From positions 28,313 to 92,312 of the IMG/VR virus record IMGVR_UViG_3300036861_000275: a DNA stretch of 64,000 bases, one strand, 5' to 3'. Under the pieces are notes generated by a model. The model was not told the origin of the DNA. It worked only from the letters and a program-made list of their open reading frames with translations, and did not search any database. This DNA is from a virus. Positions 8,990-18,300 of this stretch are shown in pieces; position 1 is the first letter of the stretch, and every line of letters starts with the position of its first letter. A program made the translations under genes and the position numbers.

Positions 8990-9802
8990 CTATTCAGGGT
9001 ACCCTGCCGCTCCCAAGAGCCCATTCTTGCCTTCTGGAAGCGGAAACTGCTCTGACGTCGCCGCATAGATGCGGGTCAGCACTTCTCCGACAGAGAATGC
9101 CTTCAGGGCGCGCTCGGTTTTCCAGTAGATTTCGGCGTTGATGGTGCCGTTGCTGGCCCCCACCATGTCCTTGAGGAAACCCCTGAAGTACATCATGGTG
9201 GCCTCTTCTGGCTTGGGGAGGCCACCAGAGAGAATCGCTGCGGCCCGCTCCAGGGTGGCGGAGTGGAGATGATAGTAGGCACGCCCGAACACCGATCTCA
9301 CCGGAGCTATGTCCACACCCTTGCCGCCTCTGGACAATAGCTTGGTGGCGTATCGGATGGCCAGTTCGTGTTGTTTGAAGAACGTCCTGGCTGTGTTCAA
9401 GCTGCTCGGCCTCAAGCTGGGGGCACCAGCTCGATACATCTGATTGGCCGTCGCCGACTCGGCGGCTGAAACCGAGACGTCGTCCACGATTCTCATGGTA
9501 TCCGCCAGCGTGCGTCCGCGCTGTTGGTCGATGGCGGCGACCGCCTCATCCGATAGCCCATAGGCCACCATCATCCACACGCCGCGGTTGGCCCGGATGA
9601 TCGCCAGAAGCCTGTGCTGGCCGTCGCGTAGCCGGCCCTTATCGTCGAACGCAATCCCTTGATGATGCAGATAGAACCTGCCGGCGAGGATGTCCGATGT
9701 CAACCTCGCGATGTCGTACTCGTTGATCTTCTTGTTCTTGTAGTTAAGAGCAAAGTACACTTCTGCCAATGCCGGGTCGATGTATTGCTGCTCGATTCTC
9801 AT
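8990..9802 (-). CDS. ParB-like N-terminal domain phage protein
   Basis: QGIAFD...LRDGQHRLLAI...ID..R.RT..D. Confidence 0.7.
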   Translation of the reverse strand: MRIEQQYIDPALAEVYFALNYKNKKINEYDIARLTSDILAGRFYLHHQGIAFDDKGRLRDGQHRLLAIIRANRGVWMMVAYGLSDEAVAAIDQQRGRTLADTMRIVDDVSVSAAESATANQMYRAGAPSLRPSSLNTARTFFKQHELAIRYATKLLSRGGKGVDIAPVRSVFGRAYYHLHSATLERAAAILSGGLPKPEEATMMYFRGFLKDMVGASNGTINAEIYWKTERALKAFSVGEVLTRIYAATSEQFPLPEGKNGLLGAAGYPE

Positions 9803-9813
9803 TACGGTCTCCT

Positions 9814-11058
9814 TTATGCCCTGAGTGTGGGCTCGAAAGTGATCCCGGACGCCTCGAATTCCGCCCGGTCTATAAAAAAATGGGGCTTGCTATCGAACTC
9901 CGCAGTAACCATCGGATAACACGTCCTTTTCACAACGCAGTAGCTGCACGGATACCCTAATTCCGCCCGGTCCAGCTTGCCAGTGCTATTGCATTCTTCG
10001 CACGCTTTTGGTCCCCGCGCAAGAGGGATCATAGAACCTTTCCTAGTTCTCTGGATACCGCTACCGCCGCAGGTAGGACAGTCGAAAACTGGTCCGTACT
10101 GTCGAAAAACATCCTTAGAACCTGGGCCAGCGTCGCGAGAGAACAACAGCGTCCGCCGGACGTGGTCGTGAATTAGCGTCAGCATCCCATCATCGTAGGG
10201 ATTGTCCACGTGGGCAAGATCCCATTCCTGGTCTCCGGGCAGCTCCGGTTCCCGATCGTCCTTGAGCATGTACTCCTCGGTCTTGCCGGTCAGCTTTGTG
10301 ATGGTCAAGACCTTCCGCTGATGCCGGCGCGAGAAGTCCAACTCGACCAGGTGGCTGGTCTCTTTGCGCTCAGCGATCATAACGACGTCTAGACCTGTGG
10401 CCTCGCTGAGCCCGATCATCTGAGCCAGCCTACCCCAGCCTAGACGCCCCAACAGTACGTCCCTGAAGCCGAAGTTAGACATGCTCTTATTCTCGATCAC
10501 GACCAGGCGGCCGTCGATCAAGCCGAGCCAGTCAACGAATGTCGGCACCCAAACACGACTGCCGACAGAATCGACCACGAAGCCTAACATCTTGCCGCAC
10601 CAGCCGTGAGCCGGGCGGTCGTCGCGCGATATGCCTGCATCGCAGGATGGACAGGCAATCAGTTTCATTTTTAGACGGCCATCCACGAGACGTACGTAGG
10701 GCGGCGAGAAAGTGTCGCGCCGAATGCCCCATATACGGCGGCGGGAGACCATGTCTATCATGATCCTTAACTCCTCGTCCTTGAGTGGCACCGGGAAGTA
10801 GAACGGCTCTTGCCGCAATCCGGTCAGGTTGGGGATGCACTGCCGGAAAACGTCATTCAGCCACTCTTCTTCGATGCGGCCATGAGCAAAGCGGATGAGA
10901 TCTCGTGGCTGCAACGCTTCCGGGTTAGACTGCTCCGGGAAGCGCCGGAACTGAAGCGAAGCCGTGCAAGTGCCCAGCTGTGAACCGGTCGGATTGCCGC
11001 GTTCTTTGCGTTCAGCGGCTAGCCTGCCGTAGTGTGCACGTACGGATTCGATAATCAT
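9814..11058 (-). CDS. PD-(D/E)XK exonuclease-like protein with zinc-finger insertions
   Basis: TGSQLGTC, HG..EE, VD...IENKS, Q, terminal CSYC...C, plus CPSC and CPTCGGSG/CEECNSTG. Confidence 0.7.
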   Translation of the reverse strand: MIIESVRAHYGRLAAERKERGNPTGSQLGTCTASLQFRRFPEQSNPEALQPRDLIRFAHGRIEEEWLNDVFRQCIPNLTGLRQEPFYFPVPLKDEELRIMIDMVSRRRIWGIRRDTFSPPYVRLVDGRLKMKLIACPSCDAGISRDDRPAHGWCGKMLGFVVDSVGSRVWVPTFVDWLGLIDGRLVVIENKSMSNFGFRDVLLGRLGWGRLAQMIGLSEATGLDVVMIAERKETSHLVELDFSRRHQRKVLTITKLTGKTEEYMLKDDREPELPGDQEWDLAHVDNPYDDGMLTLIHDHVRRTLLFSRDAGPGSKDVFRQYGPVFDCPTCGGSGIQRTRKGSMIPLARGPKACEECNSTGKLDRAELGYPCSYCVVKRTCYPMVTAEFDSKPHFFIDRAEFEASGITFEPTLRA

Positions 11059-11243
11059 CCGACAATCATCCGAGGTTTCCGGATTCTCCTGACTTCTTGG
11101 ATGGCCGAAATCTGCTCCAGGGCGTGCTCGGCCATGGCCAAAATTAGGCGCAACTGAAGCTGGTCAAACACTAGCGCCTCCCTGGATTGCAGTGTGTCTC
11201 GGATCTGGGTCACCGCTCGTATCGCTTCGTCCTTGGCGCTCAT
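11055..11243 (-). CDS. hypothetical protein
   Basis: AGGAGG RBS before MSAKDEA; coupled to the next gene. Confidence 0.6.
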   Translation of the reverse strand: MSAKDEAIRAVTQIRDTLQSREALVFDQLQLRLILAMAEHALEQISAIQEVRRIRKPRMIVG

Positions 11244-11309
11244 TGTGTCCCCTCCTTTCCAAGTTCCCCTATTCAGCATGCCGTTGCTCAGCCCCGCCAC
11301 GCCTCGGTT

Positions 11310-12308
11310 CTACCTGCGCTTTCCCTTCAGCCGGATGGTCTGCGCCAGTATATCTCTGGCCCCACGGCCGCCGGCTTCGGCACCCTCGAACATATCGCCC
11401 TGCTCTTTGATCTGTCCGCCGTTCAGGTCTGGCGATCGGTACACCGCCGTCAAATACGCCTCGTACTCAGCCGGAGTTAGCCCGTTAGACTGCGCCGCAC
11501 GGTAGCAGCTTTCGACGGTCCATCCGTATGTTTTCTGTGCCGGCGCCCCAGCACCATCCGGGGTGCTCAATCCGGATGGGCCCATTGCTGGAGACGCCGG
11601 CTCAGACTCGATCACGTCGTCGTCGATTTCGTCCACCGGCGCGGCCGGCAGGCTCATCACTTCCACCTTGCCACCCATGGCGCGACGGTACTCGAAGACG
11701 TCCGCGTAGCTCACCGGCGCGTCGATTCGAGGCACGTGGATCGTGGTCCGCACCATATCCTGTTTCTTGGGATCGTGTCGCTGGGTCTCCTGGGGCTCCA
11801 GCTTCAGCAGGAACGGGATGCCCCTAAGTCCCCCGAACGTAGCCGCGAAATGGTCCAAGCAAGAATTTAATGAGATGATGCTGGTCCGGCCGTGCACGGT
11901 CAATTGCCAGACACCCAGCATCTTTACGTCCGGTAGCAGGAAGTTCAGCGTGGCGGTCGGCTTGCACTGCGGCTTGTCACCGTCCAGGTACTCGCAGGGG
12001 CAGGTCCGCTCCACCAGGTCGCCACCCGGGGACCAGCGCCGCGCCACTTCGCCGTTGCCGGCGCAGAAGAGACCGCCGCCGGACCGGTACATCTTCAGGG
12101 ATTGCGGGAAAATCATATCCGGGTCATCAACCGGGAGCATGATCCTCAACTCTTTCGGTTTGTCCCCGAAGACGGCCTTGACCGGGTCGGGACAGACGAA
12201 GTAGTCAGTCGCCCGCGGGAACGTTCTCCCATTGGACTCGACCATCACGCCGAGCTTGATCTTGCCGGCTCTAGGTAGCCGGCGCTTCTCCGACAATCCT
12301 TTAATCAC
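11310..12308 (-). CDS. Gp3-like / recombination-directionality-factor family protein
   Basis: RLPRAGKIKLG...FPRATDYF...GDKPKEL, C.G.GE, CPC...CKP; probable GTG start after GGAG. Confidence 0.7.
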   Translation of the reverse strand: MIKGLSEKRRLPRAGKIKLGVMVESNGRTFPRATDYFVCPDPVKAVFGDKPKELRIMLPVDDPDMIFPQSLKMYRSGGGLFCAGNGEVARRWSPGGDLVERTCPCEYLDGDKPQCKPTATLNFLLPDVKMLGVWQLTVHGRTSIISLNSCLDHFAATFGGLRGIPFLLKLEPQETQRHDPKKQDMVRTTIHVPRIDAPVSYADVFEYRRAMGGKVEVMSLPAAPVDEIDDDVIESEPASPAMGPSGLSTPDGAGAPAQKTYGWTVESCYRAAQSNGLTPAEYEAYLTAVYRSPDLNGGQIKEQGDMFEGAEAGGRGARDILAQTIRLKGKRR

Positions 12309-12321
12309 TTTTTCAACTCCC

Positions 12322-13077
12322 TTATAGGGTTTTGATCGCAATACTTTCCTTCTGAAACACTGCAATTCCCGGAATGTTGATCTGCGCTGCCGTGAGCCCG
12401 GTCTTACCGAGACGCACGATTTCGGCCCGGATGGCTGGCTCATCAGGCTTCATCAGATGACGCGGCACTAGAGCCGTATTGATGACATTAAAATCCCAGA
12501 GCTTCCGGACGGTGGACGTCGCCTCTTCGGTGACGGTGGTACGCTTTGGCGCCATAGCTACGGCGCGTAGGTCGACAGCCTTGACTTGCTCCTGTTGAGC
12601 CACGGTGTCCGCCGCAGCGGCCGTATCGAGGGCCTCCGCAACCGCCTCATGCTGCCCCGCCCTGTCGGCCTCGAGGGCGCGCGCCATGGCATCGTCGGCT
12701 TCCCGTTTGGCGCGTATGGCCTCTTCCTGTGCCTTGCGCGCCAGCGCGGCGGCTTCGTCGGCTTTACGTTGCTCTTCACGGGCGAAAGTTAGTATGCGCT
12801 CGCGCAGAATAGCATCCGCTTGGCTCACTGGGAGCATCACGCTTCTGAACTCAGCGTTCAAGCTATCCTTCCAGGCTTCGACCGGTTTCAGGAAGCTCCT
12901 CCGGCCAGCCTCGGCTTGATTGAGGATCGTGGAGATGCGCCCCAGTATGGTGACAGCCTGCGCCCTGGAATCAGCGTCGATGACTACAAGCGCCTTCGCC
13001 TGCTCCAAAATCGCCGCGGCTTGTGAACGGTAATCCTGAACAGCCAGCCCCTTGTCGATTAGCACTGGTACGCTCAT
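12322..13077 (-). CDS. coiled-coil phage protein of recombination module
   Basis: Ala/Glu/Arg-rich helix, C-terminal W.F.V....VP..L..PDE..I...IPG; AAGGTGG RBS before ATG 13077. Confidence 0.65.
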   Translation of the reverse strand: MSVPVLIDKGLAVQDYRSQAAAILEQAKALVVIDADSRAQAVTILGRISTILNQAEAGRRSFLKPVEAWKDSLNAEFRSVMLPVSQADAILRERILTFAREEQRKADEAAALARKAQEEAIRAKREADDAMARALEADRAGQHEAVAEALDTAAAADTVAQQEQVKAVDLRAVAMAPKRTTVTEEATSTVRKLWDFNVINTALVPRHLMKPDEPAIRAEIVRLGKTGLTAAQINIPGIAVFQKESIAIKTL

Positions 13078-13108
13078 TGTGGCCACCACCTTTTTGTGTG
13101 TGATCCGC

Positions 13109-13138
13109 ATACTACGCTATCGACACAATCGTAGTCAA
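13109..13138 (-). promoter_or_regulatory. leftward promoter of divergent pair
   Basis: TTGACT-N18-TAGTAT. Confidence 0.65.
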
Positions 13139-13145
13139 TACCCTA

Positions 13146-13175
13146 TTGCGACCAATTCACTTTTAGGAGTAGGGT
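13146..13175 (+). promoter_or_regulatory. rightward promoter of divergent pair (probably leaderless)
   Basis: TTGCGA-N18-TAGGGT, ATG 7 nt downstream. Confidence 0.5.
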
Positions 13176-13182
13176 GGGTTTT

Positions 13183-13521
13183 ATGGACCCAACGAAAAGA
13201 CGGTCTACCAGAAACTCCCGATTCATCGTGGACTGGAACGCCGGAATGGACGAGGAGGTCCTGCGTAAGAAATACCTGTTCAATGACCGCCGCGCTGTGC
13301 GCGATTTGGCGTCATGTCTGCGCCGGCTAGGCTATACAGTGAAGCGGCGACTTCCCACCAAAAGCAAGCGTAAGGTATGGGCGGAAACTGTCATACTCAG
13401 GACAAGGGCAGCTACCGCGGTCCTCATGGACGCAGATGGTAAACAGATTGGCACCATGGACCCCATGACTAGAAAACCAAGCTGGTTCGGCGTGCCGACC
13501 GACGGAGGGCGATATGAGTAG
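13183..13521 (+). CDS. basic putative DNA-binding regulator
   Basis: One of only two convincing plus-strand genes; basic, HTH-like N-terminal half; at the divergence point. Confidence 0.5.
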   Translation: MDPTKRRSTRNSRFIVDWNAGMDEEVLRKKYLFNDRRAVRDLASCLRRLGYTVKRRLPTKSKRKVWAETVILRTRAATAVLMDADGKQIGTMDPMTRKPSWFGVPTDGGRYE

Positions 13522-13906
13522 AGAGAGCGATTTCCTGAATGGTCTCATGGAGAAGAACAAAGAGGTCGAGCGTCTGACGGAAGACGTCGCCAGACTGCGC
13601 ACCGAACTGGATGGACAATTGGCGGCTACGCTTCGCGTCAGAGAGGACGCCAACAAGTGGTTTCACGCCTATCAGGACGAGTTTAGCGAGAGCATCCGCC
13701 TGCGCGCCGAGCGAGATGAGATGTTCACCGCCAAAGTTATGGATGAGGTAGTGGCGGCTGAAACGGAGAAGCTGAGGGCCGAGGTAGCCCGTCTGCGTGT
13801 AATCGCAGACAAGGCGTATGCGCTGGCCGTATTTATGGGACGGGATGCAAACCCCACATCAGCTTGGGCGGACTTCTACAATACCGCTATGGCCGTCCAG
13901 CCTTGA
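13514..13906 (+). CDS. coiled-coil hypothetical protein
   Basis: GGAGG RBS; repeated E(R/K)LR.E..RLR heptads. Confidence 0.65.
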   Translation: MSRESDFLNGLMEKNKEVERLTEDVARLRTELDGQLAATLRVREDANKWFHAYQDEFSESIRLRAERDEMFTAKVMDEVVAAETEKLRAEVARLRVIADKAYALAVFMGRDANPTSAWADFYNTAMAVQP

Positions 13907-14075
13907 GACAAACAAGCCTGGGGCGCCGGCACACAGAACATTCAAGCGTGCGCCAAGCGTCCCCAGGCCCGATCCGAAACGCTCTACCCGGCACGTCGTG
14001 ATGTCCTAGCCAGGAGCAGAGCAGGCCGCCTAGAATACGATCCTTCCACGTGCGCGGCCTGGCTGGCCGGCGCAT
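13887..14075 (-). CDS. small Zn-binding protein (DUF1660-like)
   Basis: LLCSWLGH...CSVC. Confidence 0.5.
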   Translation of the reverse strand: MRRPARPRTWKDRILGGLLCSWLGHHDVPGRAFRIGPGDAWRTLECSVCRRPRLVCLKAGRP

Positions 14076-14088
14076 CTAGGCACCTCAG

Positions 14089-14373
14089 TTACTTCGTCGA
14101 CAGCTTGTCGACGCCAGTCAACTTCTGGAAAAGGTTGACTAGTACGTCTCCTGCCAGGTATGCAACAGCCCCCACTAGGGCAGCCTGTTGCAGCACGCTG
14201 GCGTCCTTCGGGATCGGGATCACTGGGAAGAGCGGGAGGAGGACTCCGACCGCGCCGCCCAAGAGAACGTCCGCAATCGACTTCCGGGAGAGCGTGACCT
14301 GATCGTTGCTGACGAAGGCTTTGAGGGCTGACCCGGCGATGCCCCCGAGGGCAAGGTAGACACTGACGTCCAT
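14089..14373 (-). CDS. putative holin
   Basis: Three hydrophobic segments, charged C-terminus, AGGAGG RBS, near endolysin. Confidence 0.6.
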   Translation of the reverse strand: MDVSVYLALGGIAGSALKAFVSNDQVTLSRKSIADVLLGGAVGVLLPLFPVIPIPKDASVLQQAALVGAVAYLAGDVLVNLFQKLTGVDKLSTK

Positions 14374-14664
14374 AGGATACCTCCTGTCGTGGTTGAAGGA
14401 ACTACCGTCCGTGCTTCTAATATAGCGCAGATGATGCCCATCACCGCTATGATTATTGCGAGTCCCGCAAAGCCTATGGCAAAGTATCCGGCCATGGCTG
14501 ATGTCTGAGGAGAAAAGAGCACTATATCGCGTAGTTCCATTACACGCTCTGCCTGGTGGAGCCGTCGACCCACCCGCACACACATCTCCACAGGCGCACA
14601 ATCGGGTCGAAATACGCCGTGTGTTGCCCGCATCTTTGGCAGTGCCGGGGATCATTGGCTAGCA

Positions 14665-15096
14665 TTAGTTCCATTCTCCGGTCCGAAGTTGTGTCATCAA
14701 TCTCTCTGCCCGTATTCCTACCTGACGGGCCCACTTTGAAGCAAGCCCCTCTCGGGCAGCTGTCTCCCAGTCTCCAGCCTCAGCGGCCTTGAGCATTTTC
14801 TCGAACTTGGCAAGTCCAGCGACACCGAGATTATACCCCATGTTCACGAAGGCTCCGCGTCTCGGTTCATCCAGAATTCTCATCCACGGCCATCGCCCTA
14901 AAACCTCGGCCGTGGTCTCGGAAAGCACCTCGTCGAGAATGAACTCAGCCGCTCTCAGGGAGAGCTTTCGCCGCTCCAGACAGAACCCGATTCCTACCGT
15001 CCAGAGCCCTTGAGAATCCTGGTATGGGGTCGGACGATAGCCCTCGTCCCGTATAAGCTGCTCACGGAGGTTAGTCGGAGCACTCATCAGTCGCAC
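14665..15096 (-). CDS. endolysin, T4-lysozyme-like (GH24)
   Basis: DEGYRPTPYQDSQGLWTVGIG catalytic E/D/T; NMGYNLG; SKWARQV. Confidence 0.92.
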   Translation of the reverse strand: MRLMSAPTNLREQLIRDEGYRPTPYQDSQGLWTVGIGFCLERRKLSLRAAEFILDEVLSETTAEVLGRWPWMRILDEPRRGAFVNMGYNLGVAGLAKFEKMLKAAEAGDWETAAREGLASKWARQVGIRAERLMTQLRTGEWN

Positions 15097-15308
15097 TCCC
15101 TTTGTGCCACTTCGTCACCGCGCCATGTGCCGCGGCAGATAAGACGCAACGTCTTCTGATTACTCTCGTCGTGTCTCTTCAGGGCAGTCGTCAACGGGCT
15201 CGCTAGGACACCGTCAAAGGCTCCAAGTATGTATAGACACAAGAAAGTAGGTACTCCGATCACCCCTACGGCTTTAACCCACCACGGCATCCGATCTGTA
15301 GGGTTCAT
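15087..15308 (-). CDS. small membrane protein of lysis region
   Basis: MNPTDRMPWW start coupled to giant-gene stop; one TM segment. Confidence 0.55.
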   Translation of the reverse strand: MNPTDRMPWWVKAVGVIGVPTFLCLYILGAFDGVLASPLTTALKRHDESNQKTLRLICRGTWRGDEVAQRECD

Positions 15309-18300
15309 CGGCCGTGCTCTTCCATGATCATCCTCTTCACCGGACCCATTTTTTTCATCTTCATCTCTTTCCATAGCTCAGGATCTTGTGCTCGGACACG
15401 GCTATTGGCCACCCCTCGGACTTCGCGTAGCTTTTTAGCTAGCGCCTCGCGTTGTTCAGCGTCAGTCAGGGATTGATAGGCCGACGATGACACGTATGGG
15501 TCGATGCGCTCCTCGACTAGCGGACCCATCTCCTCTTTGACCATGCGGTCCCATTCCGGGATTCCGATTGTAGGTAAGATCTCTCGCGACTCAAAACCTA
15601 GCCGGTCTAGTTCTCTCTCGGCATCGTTTTTGGGTTGCGTCACGGTGGCGCCCAGCATGCCGGCTATCGGCATCCGGCGCTTTGACACCTCCCCGGTGGT
15701 CGGCGCTATTCTCTCCGGCAACGTTTCGGCGGCGAATGGTGTCGTCGCTTTGATGGGTCCTAGGAACGGCTCCAGGGAAGGGTCTCTTTGGGTTGCGAAC
15801 TTATCGGAAAAGATGGCCATGGTCTCTTGGATGTTTTTCAGGGGCACTAACAGGCCGGCGACGGCCTCTCCGAAGAGTTTGCCGGTCAGCCTACCCTTCA
15901 TACCCTCCGTGTCAAGATCCCCCAAACCCTTGAAGAGCTGGTCGACCAGCGCCATACCCACGCCAGCCCTCATGTTGACAGACAGAATCCCCCGTAGTAT
16001 CGACCATGAGTCTATGTTGTACAGCGTGCCACGCCTGGCTCGGACCATCAGGTCGCCCACGAATAGGTATGCCGCGAACGGGTTGTAGGGAGTGATGTCG
16101 ATATTGTGGCCGCCGACGTTGACCTCATACCACTTATCACCCGCCCAGTCGCTATCCCGCAGCGCATACGAGAGACCCAGCAACATCGCGCCCATCAATG
16201 AGTGGCTGATAGCTCGAAAGTTGCCCTTGGCGAATTCAGCGCGCTCGGCCTTAGACAGCAGTGACAGGAAGCCGAGCGGGTTGAACTTGCCATAAAACTT
16301 CAGAGTGTTCAGCATGAACCGCGGGAACGGTATCACGAAACTAAGCGGGAGGAACCTGTTTACCAGATTCATAAAAAGCCACGGTACGCTGCCATGTTCA
16401 GGGCTCTCGGCGAACGTCAGCTCGAGTGACTTCTGAATGGCTGCCTTCACATCGTCTAGATGGATTTCATCGGCCCGGTTCCCTTTGATGAGTGTCTCTA
16501 GATCCTTCCCGCGCAACGTAGTGAGTCGATCTAGCTCGGCATGGAGGATGGCGTTACGGAAAGCATTCTCCTGCCAGTTGTTCACGATGTTTAGCAGGCT
16601 GACGCCCTGATCCATACCGTCTAGGATACGATCCAGCCTAGCCTGACTTCCTCCGGCTGCTTTCTTGTATAATTCGTTGCTGCCGTAAGTGCTAAAGGCG
16701 CGTGAGAATTCCTTTGGGAATGCTGCCAATATCGCCCGGATCTCCGCCTCGTTCTTGGATGGTCCCTGGAGCGCGGTCCCGCGTTGGCCAGGTCGGAACC
16801 ACATGTCGATGAGCTGGTGCATCGCGGCCGAAGGGTCTGCCATCCGACTAGGATCAATCTTCCCGCCGAGACCTTTCACGCCGGCCTGAATCATTCTCTG
16901 TAGCCCAACGTCGGCTATATCCAGACCGACTCTCACGTTCTGGCCCCAGAAGTTATGAGTACCGGTCGCCCATCTAGTCGTCAAGAGACCACGGCGGATG
17001 TTATTCAGCCGATTCCACCAACGCCGCTGGATTTCTTGCTCGCGCATCACCTCTTTGAGCCCTTGTTTCTCTGCGACCTCGTCTAGGGCTGCCCTTATTT
17101 GCGGATCGGCTCGCTTGATAGCTTGAGCCAGACGTCCTAATGCACCAAGACGTCTAGCCGCATCTCTGACGGCATCCCGGAAGAGAGCGTCAGCAAATTC
17201 GGTGTCAGTGAGTCCGAACTTAGCCCGGACACTCTGGAGATGATCGCTCGTCAACTTGCCGTCTTCCATAAGGTTCCGGATCTGATCCGAGATTAGCATG
17301 TCTGGGTCACGAGCTACACCGGCCGCAGTAAATAGATCCTTGGCTACGGCAAGCACTTGACTGTGCTCCCCTAGAGCCAGTATAGGATCGACCACATTGA
17401 CGTCCGCTTGCGACAGAGCGCCCGGCTGAGCGCCTTGCATGTTCTGTGGATTCGCCACCAGCGGGTCAGGTGACGTTTCGCCCGGCGCCGGCAAAGACTT
17501 CTGCACTGCCTGACTAAGCTCCTGCTGCCGCGCCAAGGTACGTTCACGGATGCGCCGGCCGACTTCCTCTTGGATCTGGCGTCGGCGATCTTCGGTAGGT
17601 TCCCGGGCCATCAGCCCGGTCTCTCCAGGTCTGGCCTCAGCAGCTCTTGCAGCGGGAAGAACGCCGGTGAGTCGTTCCCGTTCCACGGCATATCCAGTAA
17701 CCTTTTCCCCGTACTCCAGGCCACGTTCTACGTTTGTCCGCACAGCCTCGCTGCCGGCTGCTCCCGTCACCGGGGAGCGCCACACGTGGTCTGTGATATT
17801 GCCGTTCTTAATCAATGTACGCGAAATCTGATCTGTGCCAGCCCACAGGGAGTCTGTGTAGACCAAGGCTCTCATAGCACCGAAACCGCGCTTTTGATCC
17901 TGAAGCCATTGCCTGAATTCAGGGCCGGAGTTGTATTCAGCTAGAGGTAAGGTCTGAATGGCCCGGACCTTATTGCGCGCATCGGAATAAACAAGCACAA
18001 TCTCTTGATGCCCATGCACGATCTGCCCGGCAACAGCAGCCATCGCCTGAGGGGTCCCGACGTCAGCATTGAGCAGCTTATGCTCGACTAGCGGCGTTAG
18101 AAGCGTATCCGGGCCTGTGCCAGGGAGTTTATGGATGGTTGCCATCTCAGGAGTCCTGGCACCGCTAGAGATCACGGCATACGTGCCTGAATCTATGACT
18201 ACGTGGCCCTGAAAACCGGGCACTTCACCGCTGATCGTGGTAGTCATGTTCACGTCGTCCTGAGATACGGCAGGGTTGCCTGATGGATGGTTGTGCATCA

